From the IMG/VR virus record IMGVR_UViG_3300036851_000252, positions 1-53,777 of that record: DNA of 53,777 nucleotides; one strand, written 5' to 3'. Position 1 is the stretch's first letter, and the number at the start of each line of letters is the position of its first letter. The notes under the pieces were generated by a model, which was not told the DNA's origin, did no database searches, and saw only the letters and a program-made list of their open reading frames with translations. The position numbers and the translations under genes are program-made. This DNA is from a virus (lineage: Duplodnaviria > Caudoviricetes). Positions 19,517-27,096 of this stretch are shown here, piece after piece.

Positions 19517-19746
19517 CTGAGGTGTTGATTTATCGCAAGTGGCTGCAAGCCTAGCCCGAAAATCAAACACGGAACTTGTACACGACGTAGCACTCTGTAC
19601 ACTCACCACGCCGGTATTCCGATAAGGAGCGGCTGAAACAACGCAGGGACCGCGTTGCATATCACATGCAACGTTATTGCGCCCCGCTCAAAAGCAATCA
19701 ATCGTGTTACTCCCGATTGTGAAAGATAGGAGTAGATTTTTACTAT

Positions 19747-19824
19747 GTGGTTCGTGATGGAATTGGTAGACATCCCTGACTGTGAATCAGGCACTTGCGG
19801 GTTCGAACCCCGTCGATCCACCCA
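19747..19824 (+). tRNA. tRNA-His(GTG)
   Basis: G-1, CCTGA-CTGTGAA-TCAGG, GTTCGAAC, CCA. Confidence 0.92.
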
Positions 19825-19917
19825 AATTTAAGTTTTGTGACCAACGATGTGAGCAAGTAATAATAGTTTCTGATGTTATGACGTATACGCTTTATACACA
19901 CAACTAGGAGATGATTT

Positions 19918-20271
19918 ATGAAAGCGTATATCGATGGATTTGCAAATGAGCAGGATGTATTGGAGCAATTCAATGCACCTGAAGAGTACAAGAAGGCGAA
20001 GATCTTATTCGCATGGTATAACTATGAGGACTACTCAGGTTCAGCATTCGTGCTGTTCAAACATGGACGTAAGTTATACGAGGCAAACGGATCCCACTGC
20101 TCTTGCAATGGATTAGAAGAGTGTTGGTCACCTGAGGAAACTTCGGTGGAAGCATTACTGCACCGTCTGGACAACGGAACAGGATATTGGTATGGAATGC
20201 CAGAAAAGGAATTACGTAAGGTACTCAAGTCCTTGTCTAAGCGAAAGCAGACGACAAAACTAAATCCCTAG
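19918..20271 (+). CDS. Conserved phage hypothetical protein
   Basis: AGGAG RBS; YEDYSG...GSHCSCNGLE. Confidence 0.8.
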   Translation: MKAYIDGFANEQDVLEQFNAPEEYKKAKILFAWYNYEDYSGSAFVLFKHGRKLYEANGSHCSCNGLEECWSPEETSVEALLHRLDNGTGYWYGMPEKELRKVLKSLSKRKQTTKLNP

Positions 20272-20327
20272 CCTGCTAGGGTCGCTTAGAGGATCTCTAT
20301 GGAAGGAGACTCCTCTAAGATGATTCT

Positions 20328-20404
20328 CGGATATTAGCTCAGTCTGGTAGAGTACACCGTTTGGGGCGGTGGTGTCGAAGGTTCAAATCCTTCATGTCCG
20401 ACCA
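20328..20404 (+). tRNA. tRNA-Pro(TGG)
   Basis: CACCG-TTTGGGG-CGGTG; C1-G72, A73, CCA. Confidence 0.92.
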
Positions 20405-20622
20405 ATTTTTGAATAGCAAAGCCAGTAAGGAAAGATGCACCGAAAGCTTAGTCCAGAAGCCATTTCAAACTAAGCCACTGGACAATATGCAGAGCCGCAA
20501 ACTTTGTACGGCGATAATGAACATGTAGTGAAGATCGCCTATCGAATTGTAGGGAGCTGACCGTCTCGTAAGAGCGATAGTGCTACCGCGTCCGACTGAA
20601 CGAAATGAAAATCAGTCAGTAT

Positions 20623-20700
20623 CTGAGTGAGCGCCACGCGGAAGGCGAGCTGGTCTGGAGCCAGACTATCGTGCAGGTTCGAATCCTGTCACTCAGACCA
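20623..20700 (+). tRNA. Atypical tRNA-Pro(TGG)-like
   Basis: CTGAGTG/CACTCAG-ACCA; canonical T arm; loop TCTGGAG (C33); A8. Confidence 0.65.
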
Positions 20701-20931
20701 ATTTAACTGGAGAAGGGATCATGAGATCACACTGATTTGAGAGAAGAGATAAAGTTTCTGGAAGGTCGTTTGCAAGAAGTAGAACAAGAGATTGCCTCTG
20801 CTACCAAACCAAAACCATCACCTGGCTTGAAATTGTACTTAGACAATTTGAGAGCGAGATCAGAAATAATCATGTCAAGTGTTGACATACTCAAAGGATT
20901 TCATAGATCATATCCAAACTATAAATGATTT

Positions 20932-21007
20932 CGGCAAGTAGCTTAGTGCTTAAAGCACCATCCTTCGCGGATGGATATCGGTGGTTCAAATCCATCCTTG
21001 CCGACCA
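20932..21007 (+). tRNA. Atypical tRNA-like RNA (loop CTTCGCG, nominal TCG)
   Basis: Full cloverleaf plus CCA; D-loop lacks GG; C37. Confidence 0.65.
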
Positions 21008-21016
21008 AGATTCTAT

Positions 21017-21091
21017 CGACAAGTAGCTCATCGTCAGAGCGCTGCCCACCAGGGGCAGAGGTAGGTGGGTTAGTACCATCCTTGTCGACCA
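21017..21091 (+). tRNA. Atypical tRNA-like RNA (loop CACCAGG)
   Basis: Cloverleaf plus CCA; D-loop ATCGTCA, T-loop GTTAGTA, no U33. Confidence 0.6.
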
Positions 21092-21097
21092 AATTAC

Positions 21098-21172
21098 GGG
21101 CATGTAGCTCATCGTCAGAGCGCTCTCCTCACCCGAGAGAGGTAGGTAGTTCAATTCTATCCTTGCCCACCA
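21098..21172 (+). tRNA. Atypical tRNA-like RNA (loop CTCACCC, nominal Val CAC)
   Basis: Cloverleaf plus CCA; same D arm as the previous copy; C37. Confidence 0.65.
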
Positions 21173-21176
21173 AAGT

Positions 21177-21334
21177 TTTCCGTTGCGTAGAATAGAGATA
21201 CATCGTCTGTAAAACGAGTGCCCTAAAAAGGCGTGGGGGTTCGAGTCCCTCCTTCCCAACCAATTTATACTTTTTGGGAAGTGGCGAAATGGTAGACGCG
21301 CTAAAATATCCTCTAGTCGACTTTTTCTCGGAAA
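21177..21334 (+). ncRNA. Y-RNA-like element 1, enclosing a circularly permuted tRNA-Tyr(GTA)
   Basis: Shared scaffold; internal order is anticodon arm, V arm, T arm, acceptor 3'+ACCA, linker, acceptor 5', D arm. Confidence 0.8.
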
Positions 21335-21337
21335 TTT

Positions 21338-21423
21338 GGGAGTGCGGTGAAGTTGGAGAGTCACGGCAGACTGTAAATCTGTTGCCTCGCGCTGAATAGG
21401 TTCGAATCCTATCACTCCCACCA
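21338..21423 (+). tRNA. tRNA-Tyr(GTA)
   Basis: GCAGA-CTGTAAA-TCTGT, long V arm, CCA. Confidence 0.93.
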
Positions 21424-21563
21424 ATTCTGTTGCGTAGTGTAAAGATACTTCACATCAACTGCTTGCCGTGTGGTTCGAATCCCACTATCTCCACTAGACG
21501 GAGATATAGTTCAGAGGTAGAACAGCAGTCTCAAAAAGACTTTATGCGACTTTTTCTCAGAAT
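21424..21563 (+). ncRNA. Y-RNA-like element 2 (YrlA-like permuted tRNA domain)
   Basis: Scaffold; ACTGCT/AGCAGT stem, T arm GTTCGAATC, closed acceptor TATCTCC-actagac-GGAGATA, D arm GTTC-agaggta-GAAC. Confidence 0.82.
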
Positions 21564-21576
21564 GTTTTTAAGGTTT

Positions 21577-21710
21577 GATCTCGTTGCGTAGTTAAGAGGT
21601 ACTTCATTGGTTCAATTCCAATATTTCCCGCAGAGCACATTACTAAGTGTGCTGTATGGGAAATACGCCGACTGGTCGGCATATTCTTTTAACGACTTTA
21701 TCTCGAGACC
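21577..21710 (+). ncRNA. Y-RNA-like element 3 (permuted tRNA domain, extended acceptor hairpin)
   Basis: Scaffold; ATTGG-TTCAATT-CCAAT, ATTTCCC...GGGAAAT, GCCGA-ctgg-TCGGC. Confidence 0.8.
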
Positions 21711-21716
21711 ATGTTT

Positions 21717-21790
21717 TCATCCTGCTGCGTAGGCCCGAGTTACTTCAATTGAAATGAAAAAACACTCAATGCCGATTTTGTCTCAGGTGA
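21717..21790 (+). ncRNA. Y-RNA-like element 4 (short)
   Basis: CCTG-CTGCGTAG-GCCCGAG-TTACTTCA...CTCAATGC-CGAT-TTTGTCT-CAGG. Confidence 0.7.
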
Positions 21791-21793
21791 TTT

Positions 21794-21870
21794 GCGGGTA
21801 GATCGGTCAAGGGGCGACCAGCTGGCTTCCACCCAGATAATGCGGAGTTCGACTCTCCCTACCCGCTCCA
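21794..21870 (+). tRNA. tRNA-Gly(TCC)
   Basis: GCGGGTA/TACCCGC-TCCA; loop CTTCCAC. Confidence 0.85.
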
Positions 21871-21878
21871 AATTTTAT

Positions 21879-21955
21879 GCTCATGTCATCTAATGGCCTA
21901 GGACACCTGATTCTCAGTCAGGGAAATGAGGGTTCGACTCCCTTCATGAGCGCCA
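21879..21955 (+). tRNA. tRNA-Glu(CTC)
   Basis: CCTGA-TTCTCAG-TCAGG, CCA. Confidence 0.9.
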
Positions 21956-22039
21956 ATTTAATCGGATCAAGAGCGAGACAGCTTGAATAAGTTCTTGATC
22001 GTATCGTGCTGAGCTGGGATAGTGAACGACGATTACATT

Positions 22040-22124
22040 GCCCCTGTGGTGGAATTGGTAGACACAGCAGACTTAAAATCTGTCGCCTTCGGGCATATCG
22101 GTTCGATTCCGGTCAGGGGCACCA
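22040..22124 (+). tRNA. tRNA-Leu(TAA)
   Basis: GCAGA-CTTAAAA-TCTGT, V arm, CCA. Confidence 0.93.
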
Positions 22125-22195
22125 AGAATCTTGCTTAGACGTTGCGTGGTATGTTAAGTGGAAATGTCAGAGAGTTGAGAAACTCTTACGAATTT

Positions 22196-22318
22196 TGTTT
22201 TGTTGCGTAGATAACAGATACTTCGGTAAATTCGCTTCGGCGATAGTAGGTTCAAATCCTATAAACACGGTAGTGATACTGTGCTTGTAAATCCTGTTTT
22301 CAACTTTGTCTCAAAACA
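22196..22318 (+). ncRNA. Y-RNA-like element 5 (retains a T arm)
   Basis: TGTTTTG/CAAAACA closing stem; scaffold; TCGC-ttcg-GCGA, GTAGG-TTCAAAT-CCTAT. Confidence 0.75.
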
Positions 22319-22322
22319 TTAT

Positions 22323-22397
22323 TGATCCTTCGTCTAACTGGCAGGACGGGAGACTTTGAATCTCTTAACCTAGGTTCGAACCCTAGAGGATCAGCCA
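22323..22397 (+). tRNA. tRNA-Gln(TTG)
   Basis: GGAGA-CTTTGAA-TCTCT, CCA. Confidence 0.92.
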
Positions 22398-22404
22398 AGA
22401 TTTT

Positions 22405-22482
22405 GTCGGTGTACTTTAACTGGCCTAGAACACCTGGTTTTCACCCAGGGAAATGTGGGTTCGAATCCCATCACCGACGCCA
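22405..22482 (+). tRNA. tRNA-Glu(TTC)
   Basis: CCTGG-TTTTCAC-CCAGG, CCA. Confidence 0.9.
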
Positions 22483-22592
22483 AATTCGTGGGAGGCGATC
22501 AAGGAAGTATTGGAGGCGTCATCCTCTGAGAAAACCGCCCCCGAGCTATGACGGCTCTCGGTAGCAGCAAGCTACCAACGATTGATTACTGT

Positions 22593-22672
22593 AGCGGAGT
22601 AGAGTAGAAGCAAAAACTCGTCAGCCTCATAAGCTGAAGGTCGTGGTCGAGCATTTCCCACCTCCGCAACCA
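22593..22672 (+). tRNA. Atypical tRNA-Met(CAT), initiator-like acceptor
   Basis: 1-72 mismatch, TCAGC-CTCATAA-GCTGA, ACCA; D-loop lacks GG, enlarged non-canonical T-loop. Confidence 0.65.
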
Positions 22673-22824
22673 ATTTGAGGAGAACTGTTTGAATAACAAA
22701 GATCTGGATAAGAAGTTGATTGAAGAGCAGAAGCGCAGAGATCAACAGAAGTACTGGGAAGACCAGAAATTGGAACAAGCTCGTCGTGAACGAGATTCAC
22801 AATCAATTGCAGGATTAGTATAAT

Positions 22825-22898
22825 ACCCACGCCGAGGGATGTCGGCACTGTTCTTGCGAAGGATGGTTGCGTAAGCTCGACTCTTACCGTGGGTGCCA
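22825..22898 (+). tRNA. Atypical tRNA-Arg(GCG)-like
   Basis: ACCCACG/CGTGGGT-GCCA; loop TTGCGAA; T-loop CTCGACT; D stem abuts the acceptor stem. Confidence 0.6.
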
Positions 22899-23067
22899 AA
22901 TAAACAGTGTCATGAAGTGGGTAACCGTCCGATATCAAAACCGCAAGGTTGAGAGTGATTCCTTCTGCCCGTAAGGGAAGTGAAGTCGAGTAGACGGCCT
23001 ATATGGTCACTTAATCGAACAATGCCGGATGATACGCGTGTTTATCCACGTGCCGGCTCCAATTTAT

Positions 23068-23145
23068 GTCCACGTAGTTCAGATGGATTAGAATGCAACG
23101 CTACGAACGTTGAGGTCGGGGGTTCAAGTCCCTCCGTGGATGCCA
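23068..23145 (+). tRNA. tRNA-Arg(ACG)
   Basis: CAACG-CTACGAA-CGTTG, CCA. Confidence 0.93.
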
Positions 23146-23163
23146 AATAGTAAATACTGTAAT

Positions 23164-23649
23164 ATGAAGCTCATGGAATTAGCCAATAACAAAGAAATCA
23201 TTCTAGTCTCAGGCAACCTTTGCTCTGGTAAGGGTCATTATTGTTCAACTGCATACCCAGAGTATAGCCAGATCGGCGTTTCGTCGATCGTTAGAGCATT
23301 GGCTAAGATGAACACCCGCAGTGAGCTTTCTACAACGAAAGATTTTGATACACGAATTGCTCAAAGATTGATTCAATTCATCGAGAAAGATTCCTACAAC
23401 AAGATCATTGTTGATGGTATTCGTCAGCTTTCAATCATGCAAGCTCTGCAGAACCATTTTGGTGACCAAATTAAAGACATCATTTGGTTAGATGTTCCTG
23501 ATGATGTTGCCAAAGAACGTTTCGCCAATCGTGCAGCAGCAAAAGACGATCAAACGTACGACGATGCTCGTGCGGGTGATAGAAACTTGGGTATTGAAGA
23601 TGTTGAGAGCTACATTCGTGCTAATCATAAGGTAGTTCCCAACAGTTGA
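23164..23649 (+). CDS. P-loop NMP-kinase-like protein
   Basis: SGNLCSGKG, IIVDGIR, WLDVP...ERF; ATG 7 nt after TAAATA. Confidence 0.8.
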   Translation: MKLMELANNKEIILVSGNLCSGKGHYCSTAYPEYSQIGVSSIVRALAKMNTRSELSTTKDFDTRIAQRLIQFIEKDSYNKIIVDGIRQLSIMQALQNHFGDQIKDIIWLDVPDDVAKERFANRAAAKDDQTYDDARAGDRNLGIEDVESYIRANHKVVPNS

Positions 23650-23680
23650 TTATAGACCGGACCTTATTGATTATGGACCG

Positions 23681-24541
23681 ATGTATAATGCAGTATTAAA
23701 ATCACAAATAGATCAATCAGTCAATTTCGTAGAAGAGGAACTCGTAGGATTCATAGAATCACGATACGTTCGCAAGGTAGATGATTATTTCATTTGCTAC
23801 CTATCTTCACAAACCGGATGCAATCGTGGATGCAAGTTCTGTCACTTGACAGCAACCAAGCAAATGGCATTCATGGATTCAGATTACCAATCGTTTATTG
23901 GACAAGCATGTCAGGTGTTCCGCCATTACAAACGCGAGAAGCCAGCAAAGTATGTTCATTACAACTTCATGGCTCGTGGCGAAGCTTTAGCAAACAAATT
24001 CATCATCAATGAAGCAGACAAGATTTTGGGAACTCTTGGTGAGCTTGCAATCAAAGACAAGTTGTATCCAAAGTTCAACATCTCAACGATCATGCCAAAG
24101 ACATTGAAGGTATCTCTTACAGACATCTTCAAGATGGTCACACCAACGATGTACTATTCGTTGTATAGTGTTGACGATGCATTTAGAAAAGAATGGTTAC
24201 CAGCAGCAATGCCAGTAGACACAGCTCTGGATCTTTTGATGGATTATCAGTACATGTCAAAGAAGATCATTAAGATCCACTTTGCCTTCATCAAAGGCCA
24301 GAACGATTCAAAAGAAAGTTTGCTTGAAATGTGCAATGAACTCAATAAGAGAAAGTTGCTTTGTGAGTTCAACCTCGTTCGATACAATCCATTCTCACCA
24401 ATTCAAGGTGAAGAATCTGATGATCAAACGATCTATGAGAACTTGGAGTTGCTGAGAGAGCACTTCAAAGGCGATGTACAAATGATTCCACGTGTCGGAT
24501 TCGATGTAAAAGCATCGTGCGGCATGTTTGTTGATAAGTGA
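23681..24541 (+). CDS. RlmN/Cfr-family radical-SAM RNA methyltransferase
   Basis: CYLSSQTGCNRGCKFC, FMARGEAL, NLVRYNP, VKASCG. Confidence 0.88.
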   Translation: MYNAVLKSQIDQSVNFVEEELVGFIESRYVRKVDDYFICYLSSQTGCNRGCKFCHLTATKQMAFMDSDYQSFIGQACQVFRHYKREKPAKYVHYNFMARGEALANKFIINEADKILGTLGELAIKDKLYPKFNISTIMPKTLKVSLTDIFKMVTPTMYYSLYSVDDAFRKEWLPAAMPVDTALDLLMDYQYMSKKIIKIHFAFIKGQNDSKESLLEMCNELNKRKLLCEFNLVRYNPFSPIQGEESDDQTIYENLELLREHFKGDVQMIPRVGFDVKASCGMFVDK

Positions 24542-24544
24542 TAT

Positions 24545-24620
24545 GCAACCGTAGCTCAGCTGGTAGAGCACTGGCCTGAAGAGCCGGGTGTCACTGGTTC
24601 AATTCCAGTCGGTTGCACCA
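24545..24620 (+). tRNA. tRNA-Phe(GAA)
   Basis: CTGGC-CTGAAGA-GCCGG, CCA. Confidence 0.92.
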
Positions 24621-24627
24621 AGATTAT

Positions 24628-24703
24628 GCTGTCGTAGCTGAGATGGTATTAGCGCCACGCTGAAAACGTGGAGACGTTCGTTCGATACGACCCGACGGCA
24701 CCA
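24628..24703 (+). tRNA. tRNA-Phe(GAA), second copy
   Basis: CCACG-CTGAAAA-CGTGG, CCA. Confidence 0.88.
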
Positions 24704-24885
24704 AGAATTGAGAGTAGGCCTACCGCTATATAAATTTTACGGCTGTGGTAAAGCGGTGTAATGGGTTCAAAGTCCAACCTCATGTTTTGTATTCACCGAA
24801 GCCACGTCTCGAATGAGAGTGACAAACGCGAAGCTAGAATCAACTAGTGATAGTATAGGACGCTATACAGTACGGTGTTAATTTT

Positions 24886-24960
24886 TGGTCCTTCGTCTAA
24901 TTGGTAGGACGCAACGCTCTGAACGTTGTAACCTAGGTTCGAACCCTAGAGGACCAGCCA
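24886..24960 (+). tRNA. tRNA-Gln(CTG)
   Basis: CAACG-CTCTGAA-CGTTG, CCA. Confidence 0.92.
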
Positions 24961-25687
24961 AATTTGTCTCGTGTTGGCATAACGTGAGGAACTGGTATAC
25001 TTAGCACCGGCATCGAAAGATGGACGCGCGCCATGTGTGGGTTCGACTCCCATCGAGCAAATGAATTTTGATTGTGGTTAGACAAGCTCGGCCGAGCGAG
25101 TGAGATGGGTTCGAAACCGGATCGCTTTAGTGAGTAAGCAGAAAGCTTGTGCAATTCAAGCACCTTACGTCGTCTAATACTTCAGGAACAAGGATGGGCT
25201 CTTGTCACAATCAATTAAATTGTGTATTGTAGGGTAATGAGAACTCTACGGTATTTGATACTACACAAAGATACATCAGGATTCTGGTGGTTGTTTGGCA
25301 TCTATCGACCAACTTTCTTCATCCATCTAACACATGGATGGAACAATACACGAAAGGTTGGTTGTTATCGTGATGCACAAAGTTTAGTATTGAAGAAGTT
25401 TGATTTTGAATTTGTTGTCGGTTGGAAAGGATAAAGGACACAGAAGCCAGCATTGGTGTCCGCTCACCAGAAATGGTCTCTCCCGGTGGGAGGTAAGCAG
25501 CACTGGACTGATTGATTATAGTGCACGATATGCCCTTGAGAAGTGTCGGGAGACACTGCGAGAGAACTGCACACCCGCCGCACGCGAAGCATTTGCGGTC
25601 CTCACCTAGAGTGGGATAAATGTAAGAGGGTAGGGTTTTGGTGGGGGAGCTTGCTCCCCCATCGTTTTTATAGGATAATCACTTTTT

Positions 25688-25766
25688 GGCTCACGGGACT
25701 GCTTAGTGTGGTCGCTCGCCTGTCACGCGAGATAACAGATGGGAGCATAACCCATGTGGGTCGCCA
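25688..25766 (+). tRNA. Atypical tRNA-Asp(GTC)
   Basis: CTCGC-CTGTCAC-GCGAG, GCCA end; T-loop AGCATAA instead of TTCRANY. Confidence 0.7.
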
Positions 25767-25781
25767 AATTTGTAAGGAATA

Positions 25782-26054
25782 ATGATGTCGGCACCAAAAG
25801 TTAGACCACCTTGGATTGAATATCTGTTGTACGATATTCGTACCGATTCCGATCCAGCAATCAACAAATACATTGCATTGTTCGAGAAGGTGTTCGAGAA
25901 GCGAAAAGCAAATCAGTTAACGGAAGATCAAATCCGTGGAATCCTCACACCAATTAGAGATTTCATTGTAGAAGATGCTCGGGCAAAGCATCACGCCTAC
26001 AAATTGATCACGGCGACGATCGAATATATCATCGATCCAGAGAAGAAAATTTAA
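25782..26054 (+). CDS. Hypothetical protein
   Basis: TAAGGA RBS. Confidence 0.7.
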   Translation: MMSAPKVRPPWIEYLLYDIRTDSDPAINKYIALFEKVFEKRKANQLTEDQIRGILTPIRDFIVEDARAKHHAYKLITATIEYIIDPEKKI

Positions 26055-26058
26055 CCAA

Positions 26059-26133
26059 GCAGGTATAATTCAGTGGTAGAATGTCTCGTTGCCAACGAGA
26101 ATGTCGCGAGTTCGAGCCTCGCTACCTGCTCCA
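26059..26133 (+). tRNA. tRNA-Gly(GCC)
   Basis: TCTCG-TTGCCAA-CGAGA, TCCA. Confidence 0.92.
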
Positions 26134-26148
26134 ATTGAGATATGTACA

Positions 26149-26652
26149 ATGAGCAACGTATACAGAGGAACTGGCTATATCCAGTATGATCCTCATCGTG
26201 GAAGCATGAAAAGCCGCACACAAGGATGGTGCATTGTCAATGTCGATCGCGAATTGACACGCTATTATCGTTGGTGGCTCGATAAGGAGATCTTGAATCC
26301 ACTTGGCCTTCCAAAGGGAGGTCTCGATCAACCAGCTTGGGATGCACACATCTCAATCGTTCGCGGTGAGAGATTATATCCTGACAAGGAACATCTATGG
26401 AAGAAGTATCAGGGTAAGAAGGTTGATTTCTGGTACGAGCACCCCTTTTGGTACGATATCGGCCGTGATAATAAGCAGCCTGGATATTTTTTTACAGTTG
26501 ACGTACAGTCAGCAGACTTAATGAATATTCGCCTCGAGTTGGGGTTGAAGGCTGATTGGAATTTCCACTTGACGTTCGGCAGAACGTATCAGTACGCAAA
26601 GGATCCTAACTACGGCGCGACTTGGATGCAAAAAGAGGCAATGATCACATGA
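26149..26652 (+). CDS. 2H phosphoesterase-family protein
   Basis: Two H-x-S/T motifs: AHISIV and FHLTFG. Confidence 0.7.
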   Translation: MSNVYRGTGYIQYDPHRGSMKSRTQGWCIVNVDRELTRYYRWWLDKEILNPLGLPKGGLDQPAWDAHISIVRGERLYPDKEHLWKKYQGKKVDFWYEHPFWYDIGRDNKQPGYFFTVDVQSADLMNIRLELGLKADWNFHLTFGRTYQYAKDPNYGATWMQKEAMIT

Positions 26653-27095
26653 GACATATTACCGCTGCTGAACAGATGGACCGCGAAAGACCAACCACAC
26701 TTGTTACTAACTTTGGTACGTATGATTGGAATGCAGGTACAAGACCTGCAACAAACATTAGCAGCGTAATGATTTACGAAGAAGCGATCCGCCGCTATGG
26801 GGATTCAGATCTTTATTTGGACCCAACACCAGCATGGCCAATGAAGGCAGGAACTGGTGGCTCCCTACACCACAAGCGCAAAAATGAAACTGGCTTCTTG
26901 TTGGACTTAAGCAAATTCTGGAAAATATTTGAGACAGTTCGTGCTGAAGCATATGCAGGTGCGGTCTTCCCACAGAAACCAACACCACAAGACATTTTGA
27001 ATAAGATTCGCGCTAATGTTACACCAAAAGTCCAATTGCAAGTTGAACAAATTTCAGCTTATGACGATGCAATGAAACTTGTATCGAAGGATTAA
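26649..27095 (+). CDS. Hypothetical protein (C-terminal YDDAM tag)
   Basis: ATGA coupling. Confidence 0.7.
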   Translation: MRHITAAEQMDRERPTTLVTNFGTYDWNAGTRPATNISSVMIYEEAIRRYGDSDLYLDPTPAWPMKAGTGGSLHHKRKNETGFLLDLSKFWKIFETVRAEAYAGAVFPQKPTPQDILNKIRANVTPKVQLQVEQISAYDDAMKLVSKD

Positions 27096-27096
27096 C

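Noticed and set aside
22141-22150. GTTGCGTGG (and GTTGCGTAAG at about 22866) as extra Y-like copies
   Set aside because: Neither has the TACTTC motif or the 3' half; the second lies inside a tRNA-like gene.
21177-22318. GTTGCGTAG repeats as a CRISPR array or DNA operator
   Set aside because: The conserved parts are short and bipartite, spacing is irregular, no cas gene is visible, and the flanks covary as RNA stems.
20891-22938. Track ORFs across the tRNA cluster (20891-21424, 20971, 22006, 22322, 22572, 22627), and likewise 37539-37953
   Set aside because: They are translations of tRNA/ncRNA sequence, with no RBS or protein-like composition.
23052-23061. tmRNA 3' end (GCCGGCTCCA)
   Set aside because: No canonical T-loop, no GGGG 5' end with a G3.U70 pair, and no tag ORF found.
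24712-24880. tRNA or ribozyme between tRNA-Phe and tRNA-Gln
   Set aside because: Some stems exist (ACCGCT/AGCGGT, CACCG/CGGTG) but there is no cloverleaf, CCA or recognisable catalytic core.
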